From Eledone cirrhosa (lineage: Eukaryota), in NCBI GenBank assembly GCA_964016885.1, contig OZ024751.1:18166001-18230000 (forward strand): DNA of 64,000 nt, given 5' to 3'. Position numbers and translations under genes: made by a program. Position 1 is the first letter of the stretch. The number at the start of each line of letters is the position of its first letter. The notes beneath the pieces are model-generated. The model was not told the origin of the DNA and searched no databases. It saw nothing but the letters and a program-made list of their open reading frames with translations. This document shows positions 27,050-45,696 of this stretch, one piece after another.

Positions 27050-27971
27050 AACTAAGTAACATTTCTGTGTACAACAGCGTATATTAGAAAAAATAAGATA
27101 AATTTAATTTTAGTATTAAATTATAACCCTCGCTGTGAAATTTGAGAGTAGTAAAAACACTTTATTAAGAATAGTAAGTAAAAATAACTTTATTAAGTAA
27201 ATAATTGTTTCTATTTTAGGCACAAGGCCAGCATTTATCCAGTACATTACTGGTGCTTTATTTTATCGACCCCGTAAGGATGAAAGGCAAAGTTAACCTC
27301 GGCGGGATTTGAACTCAGATCATAAAGGGACATAACTCTATGCTTCAAAGCATGGTGTCCGACTCTCTACCGATAAATAATATATAATATTATATATAAT
27401 AAATAATATATTATTAAGTAAATAATATATTTGTGCACAACAAGCTGAGATAAATTTAATTTAGTATAACTATAGTTTTAAATTATAAGTGTCGCTGTGA
27501 AAATTAAGAATAGAAAAAATAACTAATTAAGAATAGTTTTTAAAAAATCGTTATTATATAAATAACATATCTGTGGAAAACAGCGTACGTTAGACAAGCC
27601 AAGATAAATTTAATTTAGTATAACTATAGTTTTAAGTCTCGTTCTGAAATTTGAGAATAGTAAAACACTTTATTAAGAATAGTAAAGGAAAAAAAAGTAT
27701 CAAGTAAATAGCAAATTTGTGTACAACTGCGTATATTAGATAAGCTAAGATAAATATAATTTTAGTATAACTATAGTCTAAATTATAGACCTTACTGTGA
27801 AATTTGAGAATAGTAAAAACACTTTATTAAGAATAGTAAAAAAAAAAAAATTAAATAACTAAATTTAAGTTTATTAAATAACTAATTACATAACTTTATA
27901 GTAACTTTATTAAGTAATTTTATGATGTAAGTAAACTTTATTAAGTAACTAACAGCGTATATTAGACAAAC

Positions 27972-27972
<1 letters not shown>
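27050..27972. repeat. Degenerate ~150-bp tandem repeat (4-5 units) interrupted by a SINE
   Basis: ctgtgaaa-type anchors near 27133, 27495, 27643, 27795; aacagcgtatattaga motif recurs. Confidence 0.75.
27206..27375 (-). mobile_element. SINE family A with 16-bp TSD
   Basis: ttattaagtaaataat at 27190-27205 and 27411-27426. Confidence 0.85.
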
Positions 27973-32325
<4,353 letters not shown>

Positions 32326-32677
32326 AAGCGATAGAGAGGACTTAAAACGATACAAAAACAACAAGAATAACATTACCAACAGTGGTCTCGTTGGCGGTGA
32401 CAATGGTGGTGGTGGTGGTGGTGGGGGTGGTGGTGGTGACGCTTGTGTAGGGATGATGGTGGTGATGGCGACTGTGACATGGATTTCGTTGTCAATCCCT
32501 CCAAAATATAGACATGGCTTCAGTAAATTGCTGCGCGAGAAGAGATTCTGACGAGACTGAGTAGAAAGAACACTTGAGGTGATCAGATTACGTGCCATCG
32601 TTTGGTGGGTCTCACTGAAGTGGTTTATAGGAAACAGCTAGGACGCCTAGTGTGGACGTGGAGCAACCTAGTAGACC

Positions 32678-33310
32678 AACAACAACAACAACAACAGGTT
32701 CAACGATAGCAGCAGCAACAATAACAATGAAAATAACAACGACAGCTACATTAACAACAACAATTAAAATAACAACGACAACAGGATCTACGGTAGGAAC
32801 AGCAGCAACAATAACAATGAAAATAACGATAGCAAAAGCAACATCAGCAGCAGTAACAACAACAACAACAACGATAGCAGCAGTAACAACAACAACAACG
32901 ATAGCAAAAGCGACATCAGCAGCAGTAACAACAACAACAACGATAGCAAAAGCGACATCAGCAGCAGTAACAACAACAACAACGATATCAAAATCAACAT
33001 CAGCAGCAGTGACAACAGCAACGACGATAGCAAAAGCAACATCAGCAGCAGTAACAACAACAACAACGATAGCAAAAGCAACCCCAGCAGCAGTAACAAC
33101 AACAACAACGATAGCAAAAGCAACACCAGCAGCAGTAACAACAACAACGACAACGATAGCAAAAGCAGCAACAGTAACAACAACAACAACAACGATAGCA
33201 AAAGCAACCACAGCAACAACAATAACAACCGCAACAGCCACTAAAATGACAACAGATACAACAATCAGAATAACAACAACAGTAGAAATATCAACAACTA
33301 CAACTTCAAC
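32678..33310. repeat. (ACA/GCA)-derived minisatellite, ~42-bp units
   Basis: acgatagcaaaagcaacatcagcagcagtaacaacaacaaca repeated. Confidence 0.85.
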
Positions 33311-33311
33311 T

Positions 33312-33942
33312 CTTGTTTCTAACATTGGCAGAAGGCCAGCAATTTCAATGTGTATTTATTCGACTCTAGAGAAAGAAATGGCAAAGTTAACCTCAGTGGG
33401 ATTTGAACTCAGAACATAGAGAACCGGAACTAAATACCACAAATCAATTAGTACGATGCTCTATTGATTCTCCCAATGTATTGCCTTTGAAGGAAGCAGC
33501 AACTACGATAATGGTTTCTTATATAGGCACCAGGCCAGCAAATTTTGGGGGAGGGGAAAGTCGATTAAACCGACCCCAGTGCGTGACTGGTACTTTATTT
33601 TATCGACCCCGTAACGATGAAAGGCAAAGTTAACCTCGGTGGATTTGAACTCAGATCATAAAGAGCCATAACTCTATGCTGCAAAGCATGGTGTCCGACT
33701 AACAAGAACATTAATAGCAACAACAATGAATACAGAAACATGAACGTAAAGGGCCGTAACGTTATCGCATAAAGCATGTTGTCCAATGCTCTACCGATAC
33801 TGCCAATCGACTGCCCTGTACTGTACTATAATAATAATAATAATAATAATAATTGTTTTATATTTTGGCACGAGGCCAGCAATTATCCCAGTGTATTACT
33901 GGTACTTCCAACCCTCTACCGATACTGCCAGTCTACCGCCCT
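33312..33942 (-). mobile_element. Cluster of four SINE family A copies/fragments
   Basis: 33312-33490 degenerate, 33508-33700 long variant, 33742-33820 head, 33845-33942 internally deleted. Confidence 0.8.
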
Positions 33943-34107
33943 AGCAACAACTACAATAATAACTAAAAAAACAACTACAATATTTAGAGTAACTACAACA
34001 ATCACAGGAAGAACAACGAATATCGAACCTTAAACCAAATGAAACTTAAAGTATTTGGCTATGAACTAAAGTATAAACTACAATAATAGGCGGTGGGTGT
34101 ATTGATA

Positions 34108-34162
<55 letters not shown>

Positions 34163-34167
<5 letters not shown>

Positions 34168-34380
34168 ATAATAATAAATTTGAAGACTAAAATCCAAAGA
34201 GGGCTCGATAAGGATAAATATATATCAAATATATAAGAACCGTAGAGCAAATATTTATTAAAATAACAGATTAAAGTTTAAGCAAAAATCGCTGCTTTCA
34301 CCCTTAACGGGATCTTCTGAAACAAAAAAAATCAATCTGTGAACGCAGAAGTAAATATTTCGAAAAACGTTGCAAACGAA
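34163..34380 (-). mobile_element. H4 element monomer with tail
   Basis: Reverse complement of the 9630-9779 arm and tail, extended upstream like the 17915 copy; core CAGAAGA. Confidence 0.7.
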
Positions 34381-34484
34381 TATAATGAGAGAGAGGGAGA
34401 GGGGGCGAGAAAGAGTGAAAGCTTGAAAAACAAGAAGCAAAAAAAATATATTGAAACATTTCAAAGAAACCGTAAGAAGAAGAA

Positions 34485-35709
34485 TAACAACATCAGTAAC
34501 AACAAAAACAACAACAGTAACAACAGTATTGCCAACACAACAACAACATTGCCAACACAACCACAATAACAACAACATTAGTAACGACTAAAACAACAAT
34601 AACGAGAGAATTGCCAACACAACAACAAACAACAGCAACAACAAGAACAGCAACAACACCATTGCCAACACAACAACAAACAACAACAACAGCAACAACA
34701 CCATTGCCAACACAACAAACAACAACAACACCATTGCCAACACAACAACAACCAACAGCAACAACACCATCGCCACCACAACAACAACAGCAACAACACC
34801 ATTGCCACCACAAACAACAACAAACAACAACAACAACAATAAACAACAACAGCAACAACACCATTGCCAACAGAACAACAAACAACAAACACAACAACAC
34901 CATTGCCAAGACAACAACAACAGCAACAGCACCATTGCCAACACAACAACCAACGATAGCAACAACACCATTGCCAACACAAGAAACAACAGCAACAACA
35001 CCATTGGCAACACAACAACAAACAACAACAACAACAACACCATTGTCAACAAACAACAACAAACAACAACAACAGCAACAACAACAACATTGCCAACAAC
35101 GACAGTAACAACAACACCATTACCAACAACAACAACACCATTGTCAACAACAGTAACAACAACACCATTGCCATCAACAACAGTAACAACAACACCATTG
35201 CCAACAACAACAACACCATTGCCAACAACACCATTGCCAACAACAACAGTAACAACACCATTGCCAACAAACAGTAACAACAACACGTTTGCCAACAAAC
35301 AACAGTAACAACACGTTTGCCAACAAACAACAGTAACAACAGCACGTTTGCCAACAAACAACAGTAACAACAACACGTTTGCCAACAAACAACAGTAACA
35401 ACAACACGTTTGCCAACAAACAACAGTAACAACACCACGTTTGCCAACAAACAACAGTAACAACAACACGTTTGCCAACAAACAACAGTAACAACACCAC
35501 GTTTGCCAACAAACAACAGTAACAACAACACGTTTGCCAACAAACAACAGTAACAACACGTTTGCCAACAAACAACAGTAACAACAGCACGTTTGCCAAC
35601 AAACAACAGTAACAACAACACGTTTGCCAACAAACAACAGTAACAACACCAGGTTTGCCAACAAACAACAGTAACAACACGTTTGGCAACAAACAACAGT
35701 AACAGCAAC
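34485..35709. repeat. (CAA)n-derived array ending in a ~28-31-bp minisatellite (cacgtttgccaacaaacaacagtaacaa...)
   Basis: Direct reading. Confidence 0.9.
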
Positions 35710-36005
35710 TAAAAGGGAAGTTATGATATGGTTTTAGAGCGATATATGGAGGAAGTTTGAATGAAGAAAAATTGCATTCCTCCTAAAGGATTAATGAATG
35801 AGTTAAGAGGGGAATGGACAGGATATTTGTTTGAAGGAGGTGAAGCCTGTAAGAGGAACAGATTTACTATGATTTATATACATGTGTGTGTGTATATGTG
35901 TGTGTGTGTGTCTGTGTATATATTTATATATATGTGCGTGTGAGTGTGCGTGTGTGTGTGTTTGTATGTGTTTGTATGAGTTTATAAACCTCCTATAAAC
36001 TCCCT

Positions 36006-37129
<1,124 letters not shown>

Positions 37130-37690
37130 ATGGGTTTATGTATATGAGTCTGTGAGTGTTTGTATTACTGTATATGCATATATAATATATATATATACAC
37201 ACATGTAGATGCATACTTCATATATATGTGTATATATATATATATGTATTTATGTATGTATATGGATATAGAAACAACAAAACGTTAAGGTGAGTACTTT
37301 ATATGAGGAAAATGAAAAATAATGGCTTCTTGTCACACTAGATTAATCCATTGTCCAGCTAAATACACATATACACGCAGACACACACGTATACACAGGC
37401 TCTTGGCTACATTCACACACATTTATATATGAATATATACACCTTACTTTATATATAAAGAAATCTACTACATATATACAGATGTATAGGTTGATATATA
37501 TATATATATATATGTGTGTGTGTATATGTGCGCCAGTATATGTGTGTATATATGTGCGCGTGTATATATGTGTATATATGTATGTGTATATATGTGTGTA
37601 TGTGTATATATGTGTGTGTATATATATATATATACATATGTGTGTATATATGTGTGTGTATATATGTGTGTATGTGTATATATGTGTGTG

Positions 37691-37727
<37 letters not shown>

Positions 37728-38095
37728 ATGTACACAAGCACGTAAATATGTATTTAATTACATACCTATATGTCTATATAACTAAATATTTCTATTCTTC
37801 TTTCTATAGTCCTTTGTATGAATATATACATACATGTATGTACGTGTGTACGTACGTACGTATGTATATAGTTACCTCTATGTCTATCTACCAAGCTATG
37901 CTAACTGACATGTACAAATATGTTTGAAAGTGTGCGGTAGCCCGCGGACTCAGCGTAAATCCATACGTCGGGCATAGGCGTCACTTTGATTTAATATTAC
38001 ATCTAAATTTTAAAGGGGAAACTCCTTTATGTACATATGTGCGAATGGGCATATATGCGTGAGTGTGTGTGTCTGTATAAATGCATATATATCGA

Positions 38096-39315
38096 AGGTG
38101 ACATACAGGAGACTGAGGTTAGCTGGACATGTTCACCGACATTCAGAGTTGACACTGCACTCAATAGTCTTGTGGGGGCCATCACACAGACACACTGCAC
38201 TCAATCGTCCTGTGGGAGCCCTTACACGGATACACTGCACTCGCTGGTCCTCTGGGAGCCCTCACACGGACACACTGCACTCAATGGTCCTGAATGAGCC
38301 CTTACACGGACACACTGCACTCAATAGTCTTGTGGGGGCCATCACACAGACACACTGCACTCAATCGTCCTGTGGGAGCCCTTACACGGATACACTGCAC
38401 TCGCTGGTCCTCTGGGAGCCCTCACACGGACACACTGCACTCAATAGTCCTGTGGGAGCCCTTACACGGACACACTGCACTCAATCGTCCTGTGGGAGCC
38501 CTTACACGGATACACTGCACTCAATCGTCCTATGGGAGCCCTTACACGGACACACTGCACTCAATAGTCCTGTGGGAGCCCTTACACGGACACACTGCAC
38601 TCAATCGTCCTCTGGGAGCCCTTACACGGACACACTGCACTCAATAGTCCTGTCGGAGCCCTTACACGGACACACTACACTCAATCGTCTTGTGGGAGCC
38701 CTTACACAGACACACTGCACTCAATCGTCCTGTGGGAGCCCTTACACGGACACATTGCACTCAATAGTCCTATCGGAGCCCTTACACGGACACACTGCAC
38801 TCAAACGTCCTGTAGGAGCCCTTTCACGGACACACTGGATAGTGGGAGACCGAGGATGACATATGTTTGTGCCCTAAGGACAGACGCGGGACATAGCGGC
38901 GATGATGAAGGACAGCGACTGCTGGATAGAGCTCGTCTATGGATCTTGGGAATTTTTCCCGCCCTTGAAAGAACTCGTCCATGGATCTCCAGAATTTTTC
39001 CCGCACTTGAAAGAACTCGTCCATGGATCTCCAGAATTTTTCCCGCCCTTGAAAGAACTCGTCCATGGATCTCCAGAATTTTTCCCGCACTTGAAAGAAC
39101 TCGTCCATGGATCTCCAGAATTTTTCCCGCCCTTGAAAGAACTCGTCCATGGATCTCGGGAATTTTGTCCACCCTAGATAGAACTCGTCCATGGATCTCG
39201 GGAATTTTGCCCGCTCTAGATAGAACTCGTCCATGGATCTCGGGAACTTTGCCCGCCCTAGATAGAACTCGTCCATGGATCTCGGGAATTTAACCCGCCC
39301 TAGAGAGATAGATAT
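38096..39315 (+). mobile_element. 3' fragment of the RTE-like LINE with two internal minisatellite expansions
   Basis: Collinear with 43761-44020; 17 x 40 bp (38151-38830) and 9 x 42 bp (38929-39306). Confidence 0.9.
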
Positions 39316-39535
39316 GCGTGTGTGTGTGTTTGCGTGGGTATGTGACCCTGGATTAATATTGGAATTACACAATACATGTAGTAACTCTAATTACTCATGT
39401 GAAACCGTTAATTCTAATCAGTCTTCCACTGTACTTACCTCACAGAATGTCTTAATATGTACTTTGCTTTTAGTAATCAAACGATGTTTGAAGAGTCGCC
39501 ATCAGCAAGAAAATCTTAGTAGCTCTGTGGAGTGA

Positions 39536-40850
39536 ATCATCACTATCACCATCGTCATTACCATTAGCAACGAAGTCAGCATCATCATCATCAGCAGCAG
39601 CAGCATCATTATCATAAATATCATCACCATAATTAATATCAACAACATCAGCATCATTGTCACCGTAGCCGGTGTTGTCAACTTCTTTCTCGTCATCAGC
39701 ATCATCGTCATCAGAAGCAGCAACATTATCCTTTACGCCAACGACATTATCATCATCATCATCATCATCACAACCAGCATCATCATCACCATCATCACCA
39801 CCATCATCATCATCATCATCACCACCAGCATCATCACCACCACCAGCATCATCACCACCATCATCATTACCACCATCATCATCATCACCATTATCATCAT
39901 CGTCATCACCAGCATCATTACCACCATTACCACCATTACCCCTATCATTACCCCTATCATTACCTCCACCATTACCACTATCATTACCACTACCATTACC
40001 ACCACCATTACCACTATCATTACCACTATCATTACCACTATCATTACCACCATTACATCCACCATTGCCTCCACCATTACCCCCACCATTACCACCACCA
40101 TTACCACCATTACCACCATTACCACAATCATTACCACCACCATCACCACCACCACCACCATCACCACCACCATTACCACCACCATTACCACTATCATTAC
40201 CACCATTACCACCATTACCACTATCATTACCACCACCACCACCACAACCACAACCACCACCATCACCACCATCACCACCACCATCACCACCACCACCACC
40301 ATCACCACCACCATTACCACCACCATTACCACCACCATTACCACCACCATTACCACCACCATTACCACCACCACCACCACAACCACAACCACCACCATCA
40401 CCACCATCACCACCACCATCACCACCATCACCACCACCACCACCATCACCACCACCATTACCACCACCATTACCACCACCATTACCACCACCATTACCAC
40501 CACCATTACCACCACCATTACCACCACCATTACCACCACCACCACCACAACCACAACCACCACCATCACCACCATCACCACCACCATCACCACCATCACC
40601 ACCACCACCACCATCACCACCACCATTACCACCACCATTACCACCACCATTACCACCACCATTACCACTATCATTACCACCATTACCACTATCATTACCA
40701 CCATTACCACCACCACCACCATCACCACCATCACCACCATCACCACCACCACCATCACCACCATCACCACCACCATCACCCTCATTACTATTATCCCCAC
40801 TATTATCATCACCATCACTGTCATTAACGTTCTCAATAACATCACCTTTA
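39536..40850. repeat. (CAC/CAT/TAC)n triplet array
   Basis: Direct reading. Confidence 0.9.
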
Positions 40851-40877
40851 TCTTAATTGTTACTATTATTATTATTA

Positions 40878-41078
40878 TTGCGGTGGGTTGGTAGTATCGG
40901 TAGAGGGTCGGACCCCATGCTTTCAAGCATAGAGTTACGTCCCTTTATGATCTGAGTTCAAATCCCGCCGAGGTTGACTTTGCCTTTCATCCTTACGGGC
41001 TCGATAAAATAAAGTACCAGTAATGCACTGGGATAATTGCTGGCCTTGTGCGAAAAGTAGAAACAATTATTATTATTT
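40878..41078 (+). mobile_element. SINE family A, full length
   Basis: A/B boxes, core and (ATT)n tail; followed by a (CAT/CGT)n array 41079-41368. Confidence 0.9.
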
Positions 41079-41731
41079 TCGTCATCGTCATCATCGTCAT
41101 CATTGTCATCGTCATCGTCATCAATGTCATCGTCATCGTCATCGTCATCATCGTCATCATCGGCATCGTCATCGTCATCAATGTCATCGTCATCGTCATC
41201 GTCATCGTCATCATTGTCGTCATCGTCATCATCATAATCGTCATCATGGTCATCATCATAATCATCATCATCGTCATTATTGTCATCATCCTCATCATCA
41301 TCATCGTCATCATCGTCGTCATCGTCATCGTCATCGGCATCGTCGTCATCATCATCATCATCATCATGGTTGTCTTTACTATTAATGTTTCAACGCTTTA
41401 TGTACAAATTAAATACAAACAATGCAGAACAAACAAACAAACAAACTTACCAAAAACAAAAACAAAAAAATAATAATAACAACAACAACAACAACTACTA
41501 CTATAACAACAACATAAGCAGCGCCATCTTCTGGTGAAAGACTGGTTAAATATCTAAAAGCCCCTTTCATGAAAGTCCAATGACATTGGGGAGTTGTAAG
41601 GTTTGATGCAGTGTTAATTGAATTTCACATAAATTTAACGCCAATTATTAAATGGGTTTTCACGCCGACTAATGACACACATAGACACAAGCGAACGTAT
41701 ATAGATATTTATATACACACATACACACAGG

Positions 41732-41763
<32 letters not shown>

Positions 41764-42540
41764 CACATGCAGATATACAAACAGATATGTATACAAATAT
41801 ATATATTTCTCTCTCTCTCTCTAAATATATATATATATATATACACATTTATATACATATTTATACATATATATGTACGTTTATATACATATATATACAC
41901 ATATATATATATACATATGTACACACACATATATATATATATATACATACATTTATATATATATATATATATATATACATTTATATATATTTATATATTA
42001 CACACATCTATATATATATATTACACACACATCTCTATATAGACGTGTGTGTGTATTCAGACATATACGTATGTGTCAGTGTGTAAGAGAGTCTGTGTGT
42101 ATATGTATGAGGTTACATTATTTTTTATCTTTTAATATTTCCAACTCCTGTTTTCTGTTCCATTCCTCGCTCTAATTACATTGAAGCTATTATGTACACC
42201 GTGTACTTTCAATAAATTAAAGGAACAGACGTTTAAGTACTTACATGAAATCCTGCAAATCCGATAATTTCGTTAGCAAAAAAAAACAAAAAAAACACAC
42301 AAGCATTCACATATACAAACAATATAGAATTAATATTGAAAGTATCAAAAAATAACATTGCAATCATCTGTGAATTCAATTTACATCTGAGGTTTCGAAC
42401 TTCATATTTTTTTATGACTTAATCAGAAAAAAGAATGTGATGTAACTCTTTTCTCTTCATCACCTTCGAGACTGGTTGGAGAAAATTATCTTCTGACTGA
42501 AGATCTGATTCCCAATGCTCCTAAGATGTTTATGTATAAC

Positions 42541-42585
<45 letters not shown>

Positions 42586-42588
<3 letters not shown>

Positions 42589-42801
42589 CAAGATGTATGG
42601 TAGGTCGTACGTAAATCGCGATGATCACGCCCGATCTACCAAATATGCGACGGTAGCTAGTTAAGCTCTATACGTTGATGTAAATAATGAACTTACAATC
42701 ACCTGTTATATGCCTTGAAAAGTCCCACCATATGATCGGACGAAACGGCTGTCGGCAATAAACTTGTTATAATGTCATAATAGTTCCTTTGTTCTTTTTC
42801 A

Positions 42802-42803
<2 letters not shown>
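42586..42803 (+). mobile_element. H5 short TA-flanked element containing a hammerhead
   Basis: ~218-bp unique insert between two (TA)n tracts. Confidence 0.6.
42706..42761 (+). ncRNA. Type I hammerhead ribozyme, U3-A8 core variant
   Basis: UGCC-UUGAAAA-GUCC..GGAC-GAAAC-GGCU-GUC^GGCA; all three stems pair; GUC cleavage after 42753. Confidence 0.7.
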
Positions 42804-42845
<42 letters not shown>

Positions 42846-42849
42846 CAAT

Positions 42850-44020
42850 CAGGATGTGACTGATGCTGAGGAGGATATTAGAGGGAGCTAGAGCAAAGTG
42901 CCTTCCTGCGGTCATGGTTTTCATTGACTTTAGGAAGGCCTTTGATTCTGTGGACCGTTACTGCCTGATGAAGATCTTACAGGCTTATGGAATCCCCAAG
43001 AGGATAGTGGACCTGATATCACTGCTCTACACCAACACCAAAGCCCAAGTCATTACACCTGATGGGATGACAGAGTTCTTTGAGATACTGGTTGGAGTGC
43101 TCCAGGGAGATACATTGGCTCCCTACCTTTTTATCATCGTAGTGGACTATTGTATGCGCCTTACACTGGAGAAATACCAGGACACTGGCTTTACTGTAGT
43201 ACCGGCTCAGAGCAGGAGAGTTGGGGCGAAAAAGGTATCGGATGCTGAATTTGCCGACGACATAGTTTTGGTGACAAATACAGTGAAGGAGGCAGAGGAT
43301 TTGATGCGGGAGGTTGAGACTGTGTCGATGAGTGTGGGGCTGAGAATGAATGAGACTAAAACAAAATATCTGGTGGAGAATGTTGAGAAGCCAGAGGGGA
43401 TCACTAATGTAGGCGGGAAGCCGCTGGAATTGGTTGAGGACTTCCTGTATTTGGGAGCAAAGATTGGGAATACGGAAGATGATGTGGTTGGGAGGAAGAG
43501 CAAGGCCTGGGCGGCGTGTCACAGCTTGAGATCGGTGTGGAAGTCGGACCTTCGTAGAGACCTGAAAATCCGCCTCTTCATTGCTGTAGTGGAGTCTGTG
43601 CTGCTGTATGGGTCTGAGACTTGGACACTGACCAAGAGACTCACTCAGATGGTGGATGGGTGCTACACGAGAATGCTGAGGATGGCTCTGAACATTAATC
43701 AGTATACACTGAGGATGAAAAACTCAGAGCTGTATGGGAGCATCCCAAAAGTCAGCTCAAAAGTGACACAGAGGAGACTGAGGTTGGCTGGACATGCTCA
43801 CCGACATCCAGAGTTGACATTGCACTCAGTGCTCCTTTGGGAGCCCCTACATGGACACACTAGAAGAGGAAGACCAAGGTTAACATATGTTGATGCCCTA
43901 AGGACAGACACTGGTCTGTTGGAGATGCAGGATATGGCAGCGATAATGAGGGACAGAGACCGCTGGAGAGAACTCGTCCATGGATCTCGGGAATTTTACC
44001 CGCCTTAGATATAGATATAG
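42850..44020 (+). mobile_element. 5'-truncated RTE-like LINE with 11-bp TSD and (TAGATA)n tail
   Basis: TSD atattatcaat at 42839-42849 and 44021-44031; higher GC than flanks. Confidence 0.92.
42863..44008 (+). CDS. Non-LTR reverse transcriptase, C-terminal 381 aa (truncated, no endonuclease)
   Basis: Motifs FIDFRKAFDSV, GVLQGDTLAPYLF, FADD, GLRMNETKTK, FLYLG, LLYGSETW, RRLRLAGH; no C-terminal zinc knuckle, as in RTE-group LINEs. Confidence 0.92.
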   Translation: MLRRILEGARAKCLPAVMVFIDFRKAFDSVDRYCLMKILQAYGIPKRIVDLISLLYTNTKAQVITPDGMTEFFEILVGVLQGDTLAPYLFIIVVDYCMRLTLEKYQDTGFTVVPAQSRRVGAKKVSDAEFADDIVLVTNTVKEAEDLMREVETVSMSVGLRMNETKTKYLVENVEKPEGITNVGGKPLELVEDFLYLGAKIGNTEDDVVGRKSKAWAACHSLRSVWKSDLRRDLKIRLFIAVVESVLLYGSETWTLTKRLTQMVDGCYTRMLRMALNINQYTLRMKNSELYGSIPKVSSKVTQRRLRLAGHAHRHPELTLHSVLLWEPLHGHTRRGRPRLTYVDALRTDTGLLEMQDMAAIMRDRDRWRELVHGSREFYPP

Positions 44021-44260
44021 ATATTATCAATTATTTTTTTATCATTTATATTGTTTTGACCTGTTTAGCTTGATTTGGTTTTTAGCTTGGGTGGTTAATG
44101 CTTTCTTGACCACCTTTGCAGTTTTTTATGGCTTCTTAACACATTGTTTAGCTCTGGTTTTTAACTATTGAGCACTTTGCCAGTATCATTTCTGATTTGT
44201 TCGTTCCGCTTCGCTTTTCCTGCCCGCCGAAAATGCGATTCTCGCTGAATCTTTATTTGT

Positions 44261-44287
<27 letters not shown>

Positions 44288-44292
<5 letters not shown>

Positions 44293-44651
44293 ATATTAAA
44301 TAAATGGAAACTATATTTATGAAACCATATTTATAATATATATATATTTCAAGAATACCAAAAGATTTTGGTACGCTTTCTTCAGATAAAATACAAAGTT
44401 TGTTTTATAAATAGAGACATACCCAGGAAAATCATATCTTATCAGTTGGATATTCTCTGGATAAGAAAGCGTACCAAAGTCTTTTGGTACCCTTGAAATA
44501 TATATAATAAAATAAATATGGTTTTATAAATATAGTTTCCATTTATTTAATATCATTGAATATTTACTCCAGGTAACTGTTGAATGCTCTAAATCAGTTA
44601 TACACATTTATATTTATATTTGTCGGATTTCCAACAAATTAAATACCCCTT
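44288..44651 (+). mobile_element. H1 palindromic element (diverged subfamily)
   Basis: Short arm on - with CUGAAGA core (~44390-44330); + arm with tail ending aattaaatacccctt. Confidence 0.75.
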
Positions 44652-44654
44652 CTA

Positions 44655-44722
<68 letters not shown>

Positions 44723-44740
44723 CGTGTGTGTATCTGTGTG

Positions 44741-44951
44741 TGTAATAAACAACATAAGACAATTATTACATTTACCAAAGGTTTCACGAAGACAGACGAG
44801 ATAGACACAGATGTCTGTGTCGAGCTCGTCTGTCTTCCTGAAACCTTTGGTAAATGGAATAATTGTCTTATGTTGTTTCTTACATAACTAAATAGCTCTG
44901 TAGCTTACATAGAACGCTCTGCTTTGCTTTACCTTCCCTACGGAAATACTT
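44741..44951 (+). mobile_element. H6 palindromic element with hammerhead 3' half
   Basis: ~60-bp inverted arms 44741-44884 plus tail; GAAACC-UUU-GGUA at 44840-44852. Confidence 0.6.
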
Positions 44952-45269
44952 TATATATATATAGCTATACAGTCTCTATATTTTTAATGGATATTCCATT
45001 TATTTAAATGCACGTTGAAGTTTCAATGAGCCGCACTTAACACACACTACTTTGTAGTAATAGCTGATATCTCCAATTTCATATTTACTAAGATATAGCA
45101 TAACCTATAAACTAATTCTAGATGAAGATAATGTTTAAGCCGTAACCAGATACAGCGAACTAATTCTCACAGACTTCTCACATTGTTCTGAGCAGGACTT
45201 AAAGTTTCACATGTGAGAAAACGGGAAGGCTGAAATTTCTGCACCTTTGAGACATTATTTCATTAGAGA

Positions 45270-45696
45270 GGGGCAGTGGATTGGCAGGTGCGATGGATTG
45301 GCAGGGGTGGTGGATTGGCAGGGGCGGTGGATTGGCAGGGTGGTGGATTGGCAGGGGCAGTGGATTGGCAGGTGCGATGGATTGGCAGGGGCGGTGGATT
45401 GGCAGGGGCGGTGGATTGGTAGGGCAGTGGATTGGCAGGGGCAGTGGATTGGCAGGTGCGATGGATTGGCAGGTGCGGTGGAGTGGCAGGGGCGGTGGAT
45501 TGGCAGGGGCGGTGGATTGTCCGTATCAGTACAAGGTCGGGCGCTATGCATTGAAGCATAGAGTTACGTCCCTTTAGGGTCTGAGTTCAAATCCTGCCGA
45601 AGTTAACTTTGCCTTTCACCCTTACGGGGTCGAGAAAATAAAGTACCAGTAATACACTGGGATAATTACTGGCCTTGTGCCAAAAGCAGAAACAAA
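45270..45696 (+). mobile_element. SINE family A with tandemly amplified 17-bp head, 14-bp TSD
   Basis: TSD tatttcattagaga at 45256-45269 and 45697-45710; ~15 units of gggcggtggattggcag. Confidence 0.9.

Noticed and set aside
32652-35708. Thr-rich mucin-like ORFs
   Set aside because: Derived from (ACA)n arrays, open in several frames and abutting SINEs
38151-39306. CRISPR-like regular repeats
   Set aside because: No unique spacers; contiguous tandem units derived from a LINE; eukaryotic context
39672-40856. 394-aa proline-rich ORF (extensin/formin-like)
   Set aside because: Pure CAC/CAT/TAC triplet array open on both strands, with no splice or domain context
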